Positions 19,176 through 38,838 of a stretch of DNA of 64,000 nucleotides are shown here, piece after piece (position 1 is the first letter of the stretch; the number at the start of each line of letters is the position of its first letter). The notes under the pieces are model-generated. The model ran no database searches, was not told the DNA's origin, and worked only from the letters and a program-made list of their open reading frames with translations. Source of the stretch: Antechinus flavipes (Eukaryota). The position numbers and the translations under genes are program-made. The stretch lies in NCBI RefSeq assembly GCF_016432865.1, contig NC_067399.1, forward strand, positions 390,290,001 through 390,354,000, read 5' to 3'.

Positions 19176-20759
19176 AAACAACTACATTCTTATTACAGTA
19201 TTACAACTGATCAACAGAAATTTAATATTGTCAATTTGTAAAATTTTTTCTCATGCTATTTCATTAATCTTTTATTTTTGCCTAGCAGGGGAAACTTTAA
19301 ATTTAATAATGAAAGTTTTTTTTAATATGGTGCAAATTATTGTTGGTCCTGAAAGTTTTTTCAATGATCTTGGTTTTTGTAAAATATTTGGTAGCTGATT
19401 AATTGGATATATAATAGTCCACATAGTTTGCAAAATATTAATATTGTTTTATCATTATATTCTATCCAAAAGAGTAAAATTAGAAAATAGATTGTTTCCT
19501 TTGAAATTTCAAATATTCCATAGTTTAGCTTTAAGACTCATTTCAAAATTCATTTAGATGTTTTTCTTTCTATTTATCTTTGAGTACAACTTTCACTATA
19601 GGATTGCATTTATCAAGCTAATGATTATGAGACTCTTTCTCCTACAGTGAATATACTATCCATAATTTAAATTTCTGCCACAATTAAATATAAGAGCAAC
19701 TCCTGAGTAGTGGCCAATAAATGCTAGGCTTCTTATAGAGGCAGAGTTAACTAAAATCAGATTTACCTATAACCAAAATTAATTGTATTTTTTTCTTAGA
19801 TATTAAGTTAACAATATTATGATTTTATATTGGAAAGAATTATGATTAAAGTATGGCACAAAACTTAAAGAAATGGGAATTTCTCATTAAGATCTCACAC
19901 TTTTCTGTTTAATCCCTATTGTTAACAGTAATAACTGATTATTCTATCCCTACTTTTTCCTCCCAGGCCTAAGTAAAAATGAACTTTTAACCCATTCTTA
20001 ACTTTAATTCAGTAAATTTAGCCATTGAAATAAACACTCAAATATTTACATTCTGGCAAAATCTGGCTTGAACATTTTAGTTTTCAAGTTGATTATATGT
20101 AAATATTTCTTACAGTGGTTTTGTCAAACCCTTCAAAATAGTTATAAATTTATTTTTAAAGTTTTGTTCTTAATTCTTTCAATTAATTTTATGGACATTC
20201 CAAAGAAAGTCTCTAAACTACCCATTGAGGGAAAATTTCAGTTTCTGCTGCATGACCTGAATATGGCAAAATATAGAAGAGACATTAACACTATTCCCTT
20301 GTTTAGATACAGAGAACCTGCACCTGAATCAATCTATGATAAGTTATTGATTTTTCTAAAGAACAGATTATACTCCTTTCAATTTTCTCTTCAACAGATA
20401 GTTTGGAAGTTCTATAAATTTGTCTTTGATAGTTATATAATCTAAATTCAGATATAATTAGTTTTCAAATAGCTCTGCCTTGGTTTTGTGTGTGTGTGTG
20501 TGTGCATGTGAATTCCTATATTTTGCACACAAACAAAAAGCAACCCAGTTAAATGGAACACAATTACATGATAGACATATACTAGAATTTCTCTTCAATC
20601 ATTACTTTTTAAAGTCATCGATTATATGTGTGACCATTTAATCATACAAAACAGAGAGACCTACTATAAATGTTGATTTACTTTCCCCCTATCTTCTAGA
20701 ATAGTTTTTATGGATGGTATTTACATCTAAATTATGTCAACACATTTTATATTTCTTTT

Positions 20760-21571
20760 CCTTTTTTGTCTTTGTTTTTTTGATAGTAGCAGTTTATTTT
20801 CAACATCCACTCTTGCAAAACTTTGTGTTCCAAATTTTTCTCCCTCCCTTCCTCTTATCCCCCATCTCCTAGATAGTAAATAATACAATATGGGTTAAAC
20901 ATGTGCAATTTTTCTAATCATATTTCCATATTTATCATGCTGCACAAGAAAAATCACAACAAAAAGGAAAAATGGGAAAGAAAAAAAAGCAACAAACAAC
21001 AAAAAAGGTGAAACACTATGTTGTGATTCACATTTAATCCCCATAGTCCTCTTTCTGGATGTAGATGGCTTTTTTCATCACAAGTCTATTGGAATTGGCC
21101 TGTTGAAAAGAGCCAAATTCATCATAGTTGATCATTTCATAATCTTGTTGTTGCTATGTACAATGTACTCTTAATTCTACTCACTTCACTTAGCATCAGT
21201 TCACGTAAGTCTCTCCAGGCCTTTCTGAAATCACCCTTCTGATCATTTTTTATAGAACAATAGTATTCCATTACGTCCATAACGTTCAATAACTTATGCA
21301 GTCATTTCTCAGCTGATGGGAATTCCCTCAATTTTCATTTCCTTGCCACTACAAAAGGGGCTGCTACAAACATTTTTGCACATATGGCCCCCTTTCCTTT
21401 TTTTGTGATCTGTTTGGGATACAGACCCAATAGAGACACCATTGAATCAAAAAGTATGCACAGTTTGATAGCCCTTTGGACATAGTTCCAAACTGCTCTC
21501 TAGAATGGTTGGATCATCTCACAACTCCACCAACAATGTACTTATGTTCCAGTTTCCTCACATTCCCTTCA
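20760..21571 (-). mobile_element. 5'-truncated LINE-1 with TSD
   Basis: L1 ORF2 end and 3'UTR on the minus strand; ACATTTTATATTTCTTTT at 20742-20759 and 21572-21589. Confidence 0.85.
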
Positions 21572-22569
21572 ACATTTTATATTTCTTTTTTTTAAATGCG
21601 AAATACAAAATCTTCAAAATCTATTCTTATGTAAAGAATATTATAAAACTAAGGTTGCACAAACAACCACAAACCTATTATTATGATATTATTATTCTTG
21701 TTTGTTTTCTTTCTTCTATTTTATTTATGGCATAACTTTGAATGTCTAGATCATGTATTCACTTGACACTTCTTTTAATAAATGGTGCAAGCTATTGATC
21801 TAAACATAGTGTTTCTTAATTCTTTTTCCATATTCCTAACTAGTTTTATCAAAACTTTACCTGTGGTAGTTCGTTTCACTAGGTTTAGCAAACACCATAA
21901 CATTGTCTCAGTTGATTTTGACTTATACATACTTAATCAAATTACCAACTTTTCCATTTTTAAAAAATCCATACTACATTGTTTTGGTGATCAATATATT
22001 TTTCAGTTTAGTTTCAGTGAAGATCATACTAGATTCCTTTATTTCCCATTTTTTAATTCCTTTAGATGAATTTTGTTATAACTTTGTATGATTTTACTAA
22101 ATGATCATTTGGTAATTGTTTAGCAAGGGACCAGATGTTCAAATTAATTTATATAATATTGTTATTTTTAAATTAATATGGCAAAATAATGAGCAAGTTG
22201 TCTTTCTTAATTTCTGTAAAGATTGTTTTGCAATTACAATCACAAAATTACTGTCTGTCCTTGTTAGTAGATGTCTAGATATGTTATGCATTTTGTGGTA
22301 ATTTGAATGAAATTTTGTGTTCTATTCCATTCTGCTGAGTTTTGTTGGCAATATATAGGCACATTATCTTCGTGGGTTTTATTTACTATTTTGTTCTTTA
22401 CTGAATCTATTAAATAATTTCTATAATTTTTAGTTGACTCTCTAGTATTATCTAAATAATTAATCGTATCTTTATCACAATTACCTCTTTTTTACTCATC
22501 TTTTTCATGGGAAACCTTACTTTCTTCCACACTTCAACCAGTCTTGAAGTATATGAAAATCATTTCTTT

Positions 22570-23425
22570 TTTTTTTAATTTAAATTTTATTTTATTTAAT
22601 AATAACTTTGTATTGACAGAATCCATGCCAGGATAATTTTTTTACAACATTATCCCTTGCACTCGCTTATGTTTCGTTTTTTCCCCTTCCTCCCTCCACC
22701 CCCCCCCAAGATGGCAAGCAGTCCTATATATGTTAAATATGTTGCAGTATATCCTAGATACAATACATATTTGCAGAATCGAACAGTTCTCCCGCTGCAC
22801 AAGGAGAATTGGATTCAGAAGATAAAAATAACTCGGGAAGAAAATCAAAAATGCAAATAGTTCACATTCATTTCCCAGTGTTCCTTCTTTGGGTGTAGCT
22901 GTTTCTGTCCATCATTTATCTATTGAAACTCAGTTAAGTCTCTTTGTCATAGAAATCCACTTCCATCAGAATACATCTTCATACAATATCGTTGTCGAAG
23001 TGTATAATGATCTCCTGATTCTGCTCATCTCACTTAGCATCAGTCCATGTAGGTCTCTCCAAGCCTCTCTGTATTCATCCTGCTGGTCATTCCTTACAGA
23101 GAAATAATATTCCATAACATTCATATACCACAATTTACCCAGCCATTCTCCAATTGATAGGCATCCATTCATTTTCCAGTTTCTAGCCACTACAAACAGG
23201 GCTGCTACAAACATTTTGGCACATACAGGTCCCTTTCCCTTTTTTAGTATCTCTTTGGGGTATAAGCCCAATAGAAACACTGCTGGATCAAAGGGTATGC
23301 ACAGTTTAATAACTTTTTGGGCATAATTCCAGATTGCTCTCCAGAATGGCTGGATTCGTTCACAACTCCACCAACAATGCATCAGTGTCCCCGTTTTCCC
23401 GCATCCCCTCCAACATTCATCATTA
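22570..23425 (-). mobile_element. Relatively young 5'-truncated LINE-1 with 15-bp TSD
   Basis: Minus-strand ORF HCWWSC..WRAIWNY = L1 ORF2 C-terminus; polyA tail; GAAAATCATTTCTTT at 22555-22569 and 23426-23440; TT/AAAG endonuclease-type site. Confidence 0.92.
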
Positions 23426-24970
23426 GAAAATCATTTCTTTAAAAAAAAACTCTACCAACATGTACTGGTACATATCAAATACGGATCTTAGTGTTTTATT
23501 TTGCTCATAATATTACTGACCTGTGCCAATTCAATAGATGCTAATGAAATGGTGATTGCCTTTTGATGTGTTCTAATATGTGCATATTCCTTTTCAATCA
23601 TGCTCATGACTGATTGTGTAATGTCCGACCTCAACATAACTGTGATTTGGTTACATAAGCATAAAAATTATTTAACTAATTGTAGCTAGTCAAGAAGACA
23701 CTTTACCATGTCAAATTTGCTTTTTGTTACTCTAAACACTGCCTTTAAGGTCACAGGATTAATTTCATTATTTAGTTGAACTATTCAAATTTTCTAGTGT
23801 ACATAGATCAATTACACAAATAGTTGAAGGTGGATCACCTTGTATGATCTTTACACCTTTAGTCTTAGATGGTATAATATTTGAATGAGAAACTAAAGAA
23901 TGCAGTTAGACAAGGGGAAAACCTGGAAAGATTTTGAAAAAAATAACATTTAGTTTGGTTAATTTCCTATTAATATCTGAGGTAAATTGAACAAAACGTG
24001 TTACATAAATATAAACATTAACTTAAATATTTCCCTCTATTAAAGTTCAGCTTTTACTGAAACATATGAATACATTGAAATCTCCATTGATGAATTGGTA
24101 TACTTTTATAAATGAAATCTCTAACTTTGTTACTTAGTGTTTATGAAATAAATTGAATTTTTAAAATATGCAGTGAAATTGTAATGAAATCACTATAGGA
24201 TTGACTCCAGCAAAATGAAATGGAGAATGGAGTCAGTGTCCTTAGAAGTCTAAGGATGTATCAGATCAATATTACTGATATTTTGATTATATATATGCAT
24301 ATATACTTATATATATACATATATATATATTTTAACCTATTTTTTTTCTTTATTATAGCTGGGACATTCTTGAGCAAATAATTTTTCCCTCAAGTCTTAA
24401 ATTAGTTATATGTAAAAGAAGGGGGCTGGATGAGATCATTATTTATTTATTTTCTGATTTCAACATTGAATATTTCTGTGGTTATTCCTTAATTTTGTTT
24501 AAATAGACTTGGAATTAATTTTTTTTCTCACAAAGCCTGTTGTTACATTAGTCATTATCACTGTCATTAGAACCTAGTGAATAATGGAACCCAAGAAAAT
24601 TAATACAAATTGATGGCTGAAAAAAAAATACTCCCTTCGTCCATGGGCATTCTTTGTGTGTTAAAAAGTTAAAAAGAAGTGCTCATTTACTCTAACTTCA
24701 GAATTTCTTAATTTACAATAGCAAAAGTTTAAAGTTGGAAACTTGAAAAAAGTTGTAACTACTTATAGTTTTTTGTCAGTAAGTTCTTGCTTAGTCAAAT
24801 ACATATCATCTGGGAAACAATGCTTTTTCTTTTTTTATTTCCCTTTGTTTCACAATAACTGCTACTTATTTAAATTTAAGAAAAACATTTGGCTCTAGCA
24901 TCTTATGAATATAAAATTTCTATACCTGAAATTGTTAAAGGTGGTACTTTGATACTGAAAGGAACATTAA

Positions 24971-25060
24971 AAGTGTAACTTCTCTGTCAGGATGCATGAT
25001 GGCAAGGAAGCCTTACAAAAGTTTAAAAGAACAGCAATTTTAGAAGATGCCATCACTCAG
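24971..25060 (+). promoter_or_regulatory. Degenerate promoter of pseudogene B
   Basis: AAGTGTAACTT..GCATGATGGCAAGGAAGC..TTTAAAAGAA parallels the gene 6 promoter, with the CGCT box lost. Confidence 0.55.
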
Positions 25061-25241
25061 AACAAAAAGTTACCTTGGGAAGGAAAGCGATTGAAGACTC
25101 AGCAAGGCCTAAGAGACGTTTTCTTTTAAAGCTATGAGGCAATGGAAATACTGAATTTAGAGTTCCTTCTACTAGGTAACTGGGATGGATGTTTATTAAG
25201 ATTTTCTCTTACTAAAAGGATACATATAGGATGTCACATCA

Positions 25242-25998
<757 letters not shown>

Positions 25999-26000
25999 CA

Positions 26001-26220
26001 TTGGAGACCACCAGACTTAAAGTCAGAAACACCGGAGTTCAAATTTAGCCTCAGACACTTGCTAGCATTATGACTTTGGCTAAGCCACTTAACCATGTTT
26101 GCCTCAGTTTACTTATCTGTAAAATGAATTGGAGATGAAAATGGCAAACCGTTCCAGTATCTTAGTCAAGAAAATCCCAAATGGAATTATAAAGAGTTGA
26201 ATACAACTGAACAACAACAA
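26001..26220 (+). mobile_element. Mar1-like CORE-SINE (5'-truncated) followed by a duplicated tail to ~26350
   Basis: CORE (CCTCAGTTTACTTATCTGTAAAATG) plus RTE-like tail ATGGCAAACC.TTCCAGTATCTT..CAAGAAAA..CCCAAATGG...GAACAACAACAA. Confidence 0.8.
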
Positions 26221-26646
26221 TAAAGGGATACTTAATATTTGATAGAAATACAAACATTCCACTATCTTCGCCAAGAAAATCTCAAATGGAATCATGAAGA
26301 GTCGGATACAGCTGAACAACAACAATAAAGGGATACCTAATATTTATTAGAAATACAAATATTAAAGGAGTAAATGATTACCACACCATTAAAGAATGGG
26401 ATTTTGTTTTGATTTAAGAATATAGAACATCTATAATAATGATGAAATGAATACAACTGTTGTAGTATATGGCCTGATAGGTTTTAAATAGAAGTAATAT
26501 AATTATTTTCCACATCTATCAATTAGCAGTATTCATAGAAGATAATAAATCACAATTCTAACCTTTTGCTCCCAGATTTCACTAATTCAATGACTCAGTT
26601 CTTTTACGAGAGGTTTTATGGGAAAAGATTGTTACCCTTTTGGGCA

Positions 26647-26670
26647 CCTGGTGGCGCTGCAGGCTAAGAA
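26647..26670 (+). promoter_or_regulatory. CSE/CTCF site of gene 4 (intact despite the frameshift)
   Basis: CCTGGTGGCGCTGCAGGCTAAGAA, CGCT at 26655. Confidence 0.85.
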
Positions 26671-26715
26671 GGCAAGGAAGAGCCCAACTTTACATCAGAA
26701 CAAAAGCATAATTAG

Positions 26716-29186
<2,471 letters not shown>

Positions 29187-30299
29187 AAAGAATATCTAGT
29201 TTTCCAAAATAGCTCTAATTTGGTTAAATACTGAGATTTGCCAACTAAGACTTAACTTTTTGTAAATAGTTTCCTATTGTACTTCATTACTTAAATTTTA
29301 TATCAATAGTTAAAGTCTAACTTCCAATATTAAGTTATTGATAGTTATGAAAATTTGTTAATTTGGGATTAAGATAGTTTAGCCACCCAGTAAATTAAAT
29401 AAATTACAATGCTATATTTAATATGTTTTTGCCTAATATAATTTAAAACATAATCAATTCTAAATAGTTAATATGGAAATTGGCTTTGCTTCCCTCTTAA
29501 ATTAAATTTTTTTTCTCTTGTAAGGCTTTTATATGCTGGTTGGAACCTTTGTCTGCAATGTGGGTTATTGTCACAAATGGAAAGAGAACAGTGACTCCTC
29601 TCTATAGACAATTTTCTGAGAACACAGATTAACATGTGGCTCTAACTAATAACTCTTTAAAAATAAAATATTAAAATTAGCAAAGTATTAATAGATGGGA
29701 TAGTATCCATATGGGAAAGAAAAGAAAATTTAATATGGGACTTAAGAAAATAGATGTGCCATCTTTGAATCTGGTATTTTTCCTCCTATGAATCCTTAGT
29801 CAACAACAACTTATTGTTTTACTCTGTGTTTTTTCTCCCAGGCTTAAGTAAATAACTTTGACACATTCTGAAATTCTTCTTATAATCAAAAGAAAATGGA
29901 TTATGTGAACCTGGTTCTGAGAAATCCTTGTATTTAAGAATCCCATATTATGATTTTCTTAATATAAGCAGTTAAAGTAGTAAACACTTAAAGATTTAGT
30001 AAGATAAAGTGTCATGTTACTAACATAGTATTCCCAATGAGCAAATGAGTGCTTCCTCTAGCTAAGCAATATTTCTTATTTTCTTACGAAAGTAGAATTT
30101 CCTTTCTGTTTCATGGGTTCAATTTGTCAAAATTTCTGGGAAGATATGAATTCTCATTATCTCTTGTGTAGACATAAATGGTCTGAATTTAACTCTATAA
30201 GTGATTAATTGTTATGAAAGCTAGTTTCTATATGACTTATGTCCCCTTCTCTACTGAACACTTCCAAATAAGTCACATCTATTTTGATGTCTTATATAG

Positions 30300-30520
30300 G
30301 CAACCACGTGGTGTAGTGGATAGAGAATTAAGTTGGGAGTCAGGAAGACCAGTTTTTGACACTCACAGTATGAGTCACTTAACCTCTGTTTGATTCAGTT
30401 TCCTCGTCTGTAAAATGGTGATAATAATAGCAATTATCTTCCAGGTCATTGTGAGAATCAAATGAAATAATAATTTCAAAGCAGCTAGAACATAGTAAGT
30501 GCTACATAAATGCTACCTGT
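30300..30520 (+). mobile_element. MIR/CORE-SINE
   Basis: GGTGTAGTGGATAGAG..GAGTCAGGAAGACC..CAGTTTCCTCGTCTGTAAAATGG..GTGAGAATCAAATGA. Confidence 0.7.
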
Positions 30521-30904
30521 TACTCTTATACTCAGTTCTCAGTCACAATCTACTTTCTAATTAGCTATGTTTATATTTCTGAAATCATCTTAAAAACAAT
30601 TCAACATAACATAATATAATTTTAAAACAGATGCATATAATAATATTTTTGTAATATATGTTCTTCAGGATTATAGAATTTATTTGTTACTCTTTGTCAT
30701 CATACCAAATTGATGGTATATCTTCTTATAAATATTAAATGCTTATTCTTGTCCAATTCTCTAAAGTTTCTTCGGGGTATAACCATGTCTAAATTATTTC
30801 AATATATTTTTTAAAATAATAGGTAATGTCGATTAAGTGGTTTAAGGTTTGCGAACCACTTTTTATAATTTTACAAAACTCTTCTGATTCTCACATCTAC
30901 CTCC

Positions 30905-31040
30905 TAAGGTATTTGTTACTATTATCCCCATTTTACAGATGAAACTGACAAACAGAGAGCTTAATTGACTTTCCTGGACTCAAACTAGATAGTGTCTGAG
31001 ACAGAATTCTAAATCAGATTCTATGATTCCAAGAACTGTT
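30905..31040 (-). mobile_element. MIR fragment
   Basis: TATTATCCCCATTTTACAGATGAAACTGA..TTAATTGACTTTCC. Confidence 0.65.
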
Positions 31041-32686
31041 CTTTATTATCAGTGGCATCTATCTGCCTTTCTATGAGTTTTATATTTATGATATGAAATG
31101 AAGACTAAAATCAAAAGCCTTTTCCAAAACAAATCCCTGTGCCATAGCGCCATATTCTTCTCCTTAAAGAAGCTTTTGACCCAACTCTAAATGAATGTTT
31201 TAACCCTCTATTTATTTTTCAATGTGTCCATTATGCTATAGTCTCTATTTAAATATCTGAACTAAAATGGCAAATGGGACAGTCAGTAAGTTAATGCAGG
31301 CAAATCCTTGGCTATTGAAAAAAAAATTTCATGCTCTGGAAGAATCTAGCTTGGATTTCAATTTCTGTGTGTATGTCATATGTTATCTTTATTACAAAAT
31401 AATTAACTGCTTTTTTATCCTATTTTTGTTTTCATTTTATTCAGCTTTTTAATATTTGAAAATATTACCTCCTTTTAAAAATATCAACAAATGTTATTGC
31501 TACTAATGTAACCTTAATTCATTGTGTTATTTTGCCTACAAGATTGTTCTGCTTTGCATGAAAAATCAAATTTGTCATGTTGTCATTTCTATTTCAGTTA
31601 TCATTATGAAGCATTTTGCAAACGTGTAATGGTAATTTGATGAATATTTCAGTTCAATGGCAAGAACTAAGATAATTTATTTTTCCAATTTTTCCAAAAT
31701 TGGTTTCAATTATGTCTTCAAACACCACCTTTTGTGATTTTTATGGAAAAAATTTCAGGCACAACACTTAATTTTAATCTGGCTTATTCATTCGTATAGT
31801 TGTATGTAATTAAATTTAATGTGGAGTGATAAACAGTTTGCATATTTCATCTGTATAGCTCTAGCCTTAAAATGCATCAACACTGACAAATTGAAATGAA
31901 CCTAAACTATGAAAAACATGATTCAATTTGCTAATTTCCTTCTAATAAATTGATTAAACTAAGTGATAAGTCTGATTTTGTTGACATGAAGATAATAATT
32001 GTTTTGTGACATTTTCAGTTAAAGGTACATCTTGACATCATCTTTCTACTAGCTTTGTATTGTTTTGCCTAAATAATAATTACAAACTCATGAAATTCTT
32101 TCTATACATACTCAGAACTTCACTTCCCCAAGTTTGTATACTCTGCAGATTTCTTTACTCGGTGGGTGTACTGCTTTTGAAAGTGAAATTTCAATTTTTT
32201 GCCTCATCCCTAAATGAAGTCCTGGATTTTAGTACTTTTCATGGTGAAAATAGAAGAAAATATTTTATGTGATGTTCTTTTAAGATAAGCAACTTATATA
32301 AAGAGGCCAATTAACATTAGCAAAGTTCAGTGGAAAATGGAGTCAACAGTGATTTTTATAAATCAGAATGAGGAATATTCAGGTATTTCTTTTCCTTGAT
32401 GTTATTTTTATATCAGTCTTTAAATACCCTTGGGAAACATCTCTCTCTTCCGCTCCCCCCCACCCCTCATAGTGATCTTCAATTCATTATATATAAAAGG
32501 AAATGTTTGGACTAAAATCACTAGATGGTCTTCAATATACCTTCAAATTCTAACATTTAGAGAGTGTATAGTTTCTCAATTTCCCGGAATTCAGGATTTG
32601 ATAAGATTTTTTTCTCCAAATGTGGTACTAATTCAGCTAAGAGATCTGAAAGAGATTTTAAAAGGTGGAGTTTATGATTAAGGACT

Positions 32687-32710
32687 CATGGTGGCGCTGC
32701 AGGCTCAGAA
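32687..32710 (+). promoter_or_regulatory. CSE/CTCF site of gene 5
   Basis: CATGGTGGCGCTGCAGGCTCAGAA, CGCT at 32695. Confidence 0.85.
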
Positions 32711-32832
32711 GACAAATTCCACTACCCAGAGAAAACAGAACCTGCAAGAACAGTCAGAAAGAGAAGGCTTTCTCAGGCGTTTCTCAGACTTGGAGCTACC
32801 AATAAGGACGAGCAGAGAATAGAAATAACTAG

Positions 32833-35295
<2,463 letters not shown>

Positions 35296-36849
35296 TTATA
35301 TATAAGAATTCTTCAACTTATATTTAACATGTAAATTGTGTAAAATTTAAGTATTTCTGTGACTAGCTGCTTAGATACTGAAATTTCCTAGATCTGTGGT
35401 CTTTACACATGCGCTCAACAATTTGATTCCTAATAATACTGGATCCACATCATAGACAGAAAAACTTTTTACTGGTGATTTTCCTTAACAGAAATTTTAG
35501 CTAGCTATTAAGTTGAATATATAGTATTCTTACATTTATGTCATCTGCCTGTTAATGTTGACTTTTTAAATTCTATTAAACTTTTAAATAATAAAATGGA
35601 AAGTTGAATTATCTTCCCTCTTAACTTTTTTTAATTAGATATTTTGGGGGGTTAATTTCGGTTTTAGAATTTTTGTATACTTTCCCCCAATATCTGTATG
35701 TTTACCTTATACTTCATAGGTTTGTGAAGTTAGTACCCTTGCAGAGGTTTACTTCTATAATAGGCTAATTGATTTTAGAAGTGAGTTGCCTGATTAAAAT
35801 AATAGATGAATTTCATTAATTTAGTACTTCCTTCTGAAAATGGTATCAATCACAGGAAAGATTTGTTCTTTACTATATTTGGGAACTCTAAGAACCTTAC
35901 TCCAAAAAAAGCAGTATGTATAAATGATAACCCATCTAGGCTCAAAAAGATGAAGAGATTTGCTCATGGTTGCCAAAATTAGTTAACGTCAAATGCAGGA
36001 TTTAAATCTAGCTCTTCCTGAGTCTTTATCTAGTATTTTACCCACAATGCTATGATGACTGTTCTTTCAGAATATCTCTCAGAAATGATTATTGTTCTCG
36101 AAAATGAGTTACCTGCCATTATAATTTTTTTGTATTTAAGTTTCAGAAATTGAAAGAGAAGTTTGCAATTAAATGGCCTTGTAAGAGGAATATCTGTTAT
36201 GGAACTAAAACTGGTTGTAGCATAGCAAGAGTGGGGAAAATAGGAGCTTGTAGTGACTTGGATTAATGGAGATCCATTGCTATTTCAACTGAGTCCTTCT
36301 TTGACCTGAAATTAGTTGTATAAAAACTTGATATATCTTTAAGCTTTCTCTGGTCTTAGTTTCACAATCTATAATAAAGAAAAATTTGAACTATATGAAC
36401 TAAAGCAGTGTGCAAACTTATTGAGACAACCAATAATTTTGATAAGGTTCCATTTTGTGACAGTAATGGTTATTTTGTGTACTTCTATTAACTCAGTAAG
36501 CTAACTCAGACCTTGACCAGAAAAAAAAATAATTGAGCTGAACTTTAGGTTTCTATCAGTTGAGTGTGGAATTTCATAGCATACATGAGTATTTCATTAC
36601 TGCTTTTGATTAGTTTTAATTAGTTTGATTAAGTTTTAAAGTATGGCTACTGCCCCAAGAAATGAAGAAAAGTCACAGCTCTTAAAAAACATGTTTCAGT
36701 GGCTTTGAGATAATACAGTGTCTATTTGTATTGAAAAGTCAAACATTTCAAGAATCGCATATGGTCACAATAAGTAAGAATCAATCACATTTAAATTTTT
36801 TTTAATTTTCATTTTCTCTAGTTACACGTAAACAAAAGGCCAACTTTTT

Positions 36850-37125
36850 TTCTTTTGGTTATACATTCTTCATATATTTCCTTCTGAAGCATATTGGGAG
36901 AAAAAAATCAGAACAAAAGGGAAAAGCCATGTGAGAGAAAGTAAAAAAGAAAAAAAAGAAAAAAGTGAACATAGCATGTGTTGATTTACATTCATTCTCC
37001 ATAGTTCTCTCTCTGATATGGATGATGCTTTACATACAAAGTTTTTTAAGGTTGATTTGGATCACTAAACTATTGAGAAGAACCAAGTCTGTCATAATTG
37101 ATCAACGCACAATCTTGTTGTTATT
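36850..37125 (-). mobile_element. LINE-1 3'UTR fragment (old)
   Basis: AAAATCAGAACAAAAGGG..GTGAACATAGCATGTG..CCATAGTTCTCTCT; boundaries approximate. Confidence 0.65.
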
Positions 37126-37144
37126 AAAATGTGATTGAATTAAA

Positions 37145-37164
37145 ACACACACACACACACACAC
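37145..37164. repeat. (CA)n microsatellite
   Basis: Direct reading. Confidence 0.9.
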
Positions 37165-38224
37165 CTGATCCATTATTTCAGAAAGACAATCCAATTCTGA
37201 AAAAAAAGCAGACATTCAAAAGAACATAGCCTCTAGAAAGGTTGTTATTAATTTCTTAGCAGTTCAACACAGGCTTCTTCTTGAAGGTGGAATAAGAGTA
37301 TAAACATCAGGGGGAAAGTACTGCTAATTAGTGCTGTGAAGAACAAATGTTTGTTATATGCAAGGTAATAAGTTTCAAATATTGGAGAAAGTTCATTTTG
37401 ACTAATAAAGTTCACTTTTTCATTGAAGGCTATACCAAAACTATTGTCAGAAAAGTATAAGGAAGTCTGAGTTATCTGGATATCTTCAGATTGTGAAACA
37501 TCCACCAAAATTGTTTAGAGAATTTTTTTTTTTTACTTTAAGCAGTCATAGATGTTTTTATTCTCAGAGAAAATTAAAATTCTTTTAGATATGTTGATAT
37601 ACCACAATACAGAATAATTTCAGAATGGCAGAAATTCCAAAATAAAAATGAGACATTAAAACGTTTCTTTACACCACCACATAGATAATGAAAGATAAAA
37701 GATCCATTCAAGAAATGGATAAACATCCTTCTTGGGCATTTCAACCCTCTAGATAAGTGTAGTTTTTATATCTATTGTGTTAAATGTGGTTTCAAGATGA
37801 AAAATTATGGAATGCATGAAAATGTTATGAACTTAATTCTAAATAATGCAAAACCAGTTGTTGCAATAACAATAAGAAATTTTCAGTATTAAAAGTTTTT
37901 AAAGTTATAGAACTTATTGTATTAAACAAATTTAATTATTTTTCTTAAGTGTTAATTATTTCTTATTAAATAATCCCCAAATTATGTGTAATATCCCTTT
38001 AGTTCTAAAACTTTGAATGCCTTCATTTTGTAATTTGTAAGAATTCCTTCATTTTGTAAATACAAAATTTGGAACAAACTTCAAATTTGAAAAATATTTT
38101 TCTCCTCGCCTTAAAGAATATTATTAGTTCAGACATCAGGATTGTTTTGAATACTTAATAAATAATATGATTTAAAGAGTGAAAAAAATAGTGATTTTAA
38201 AAGAGTGGTAATTTAAAAAAATAA

Positions 38225-38430
38225 AAGAAATCCTACATATGCATCCAGAGAGATGACTATGGAGACTGTAAATTAACACATGCTATGTTCACTTTTTTCC
38301 TTTTTTTCCTGCTTTTTTCCTCTTGTGTTCTTTCCCCTTTGTTCTGATTTTTCTCTTCCAACATGATTCATAAAGAAATGTGTGTTTTAAAAATGAATGT
38401 ACGTGTATAACTAGGAAAAAATAAAACAAT
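38225..38430 (+). mobile_element. LINE-1 3'UTR end (old)
   Basis: ATCCAGAGAGATGACTATGGAGACTG..CATGCTATGTTCAC..TGTTCTGATTTTTCT, the reverse complement of the 36.9-kb type fragment. Confidence 0.65.
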
Positions 38431-38799
38431 TTTAAAAAACATTCTAGCATAGAACATAATTAGAAAATTCATGTTGATAGTTTTTTCAAATCCCAGATTC
38501 TTCTGCTTTCATAAATTCCTAATATACAATAAAAATATCCTGTGAAATAGAAGCTGAAAAGAAATTTGTAAGGATATATGTGTGTATGTGTACACACACA
38601 AATAATTTCTAGAGTAAACTGAATAATTACATATGGACTTCTCAAGTGCACATGAGAAATATAAAAATGCAGCTTTCATGTAACTATCGATCAGTTGAAT
38701 TAAATTCAAGAAAAATATTAATATTACAACATTTTGAGCATAAAATTTATATTACCTAAATGAGTTTTGACAAGTTATTGCTGAAACAGATTTAAAGTA

Positions 38800-38838
38800 T
38801 GTAATTTGTCAGTTACATAGTATGAGGAGTAAGAAGGC
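38800..38838 (+). promoter_or_regulatory. Degenerate promoter of pseudogene C
   Basis: TGTAATTTGTCA and AAGAAGGC flanks are identical to the gene 6 promoter; the core between them is 9 bp shorter and lacks CGCT. Confidence 0.65.

Noticed and set aside
19500-22500. Short AT-rich ORFs (20068, 21505, 21782, 22116 and similar elsewhere)
   Set aside because: No recognisable domains; low-complexity or decayed LINE sequence.
22966-23382. 138-aa minus-strand ORF
   Set aside because: L1 ORF2 C-terminal fragment, not a host gene.
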